A DNA stretch of 64,000 nt from Malacoraja senta (lineage: Eukaryota): NCBI GenBank assembly GCA_038087875.1, contig JAXLNO010003982.1, positions 1-64,000 of the forward strand, read 5' to 3'. Both the position numbers and the translations under genes were made by a program. The notes under the pieces were generated by a model. That model ran no database searches. It saw only the letters and a list, made by a program, of their open reading frames with translations, and was not told the DNA's origin. Shown one piece after another: positions 63,431 to 64,000 of the stretch (the first letter of the stretch is position 1; the number at the start of each line of letters is the position of its first letter).

Positions 63431-64000
63431 TCTTGAAAGTACTTTGTTTAGATAAGAGCCTTCTTTTCAAGCTTCTTTCTGCGGTCTTTTAGTTGTGCTT
63501 TGCAGGTGCTTTAGTTTGCTCATCTTCTGTCTGCTGAATATGTAACAACTACAAGCTGTGAATAACAAAAAATCCTTGAAAACTAACACTGGACTGCAAG
63601 TGTGAGTACAAAGCATGTTCTAACGTGTCCCAACTTCAGTCTGAAGTAGGATCCTCACCCGAAATATCTGCCTTCCCATGTTCTCCAAAGATGCCGCTTG
63701 ACCCGTTGAGTTCCTTAGCACTTTGTGTGTGGAGGAAAGCAGCCTCTGCTCTTCCTTTCATCTACAATTGTTAAATAGTTCAATCCAGACAATTACTTCA
63801 ATTTTACATTGTTGACTAAATTGAGAAAGAAGGCAATTCAAGGATAAATAACGGCCCATAAATCCATGTGACAGAGAAAGAGGCCTTTCAGCCTCCTGAG
63901 CCCACTCTAGCCCAGAGAACAAAATTATTCCAACACTAATTTTCCCCAAAACGGATCTTTCTCATTTCTATCAATGCCACAAATCCACCTATTTGCAGCG

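Overview
This is a repeat-dominated vertebrate window. Its SINE/LINE content (HE1/HER1-type V-SINEs, CR1 with (CTATGTTT)n tails, Penelope-derived repeats) points to an elasmobranch, probably a skate or ray (inferred, not verified). The only host coding sequence I can support is two minus-strand exons of an MHC class I-like gene: an Ig-C1 alpha3 exon (42447-42713) and a transmembrane exon (39652-39759), which splice in frame. I could not find alpha1/alpha2 exons in the 21 kb upstream. The remaining recognisable sequence is transposable elements, often nested: (1) a gamma-type ERV remnant with a nearly intact env, a full 3' LTR and a partial upstream duplicate; (2) two solo LTRs with 5-bp TSDs; (3) two full-length DIRS1-like tyrosine-recombinase retrotransposons with ITR/ICR ends; (4) an old L1 interrupted by a younger full-length antisense L1 and by the second DIRS; (5) a Charlie/Buster hAT containing a second hAT-type element, which carries a 3.1-kb dimeric minisatellite derived from transposon sequence; (6) Penelope fragments and fold-backs with minimal-hammerhead-like cores; (7) a GC-rich non-tRNA retroposon family; (8) CR1, Rex/L2 and RTE fragments. 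There are four assembly gaps. All identifications come from reading motifs; no database search was run.
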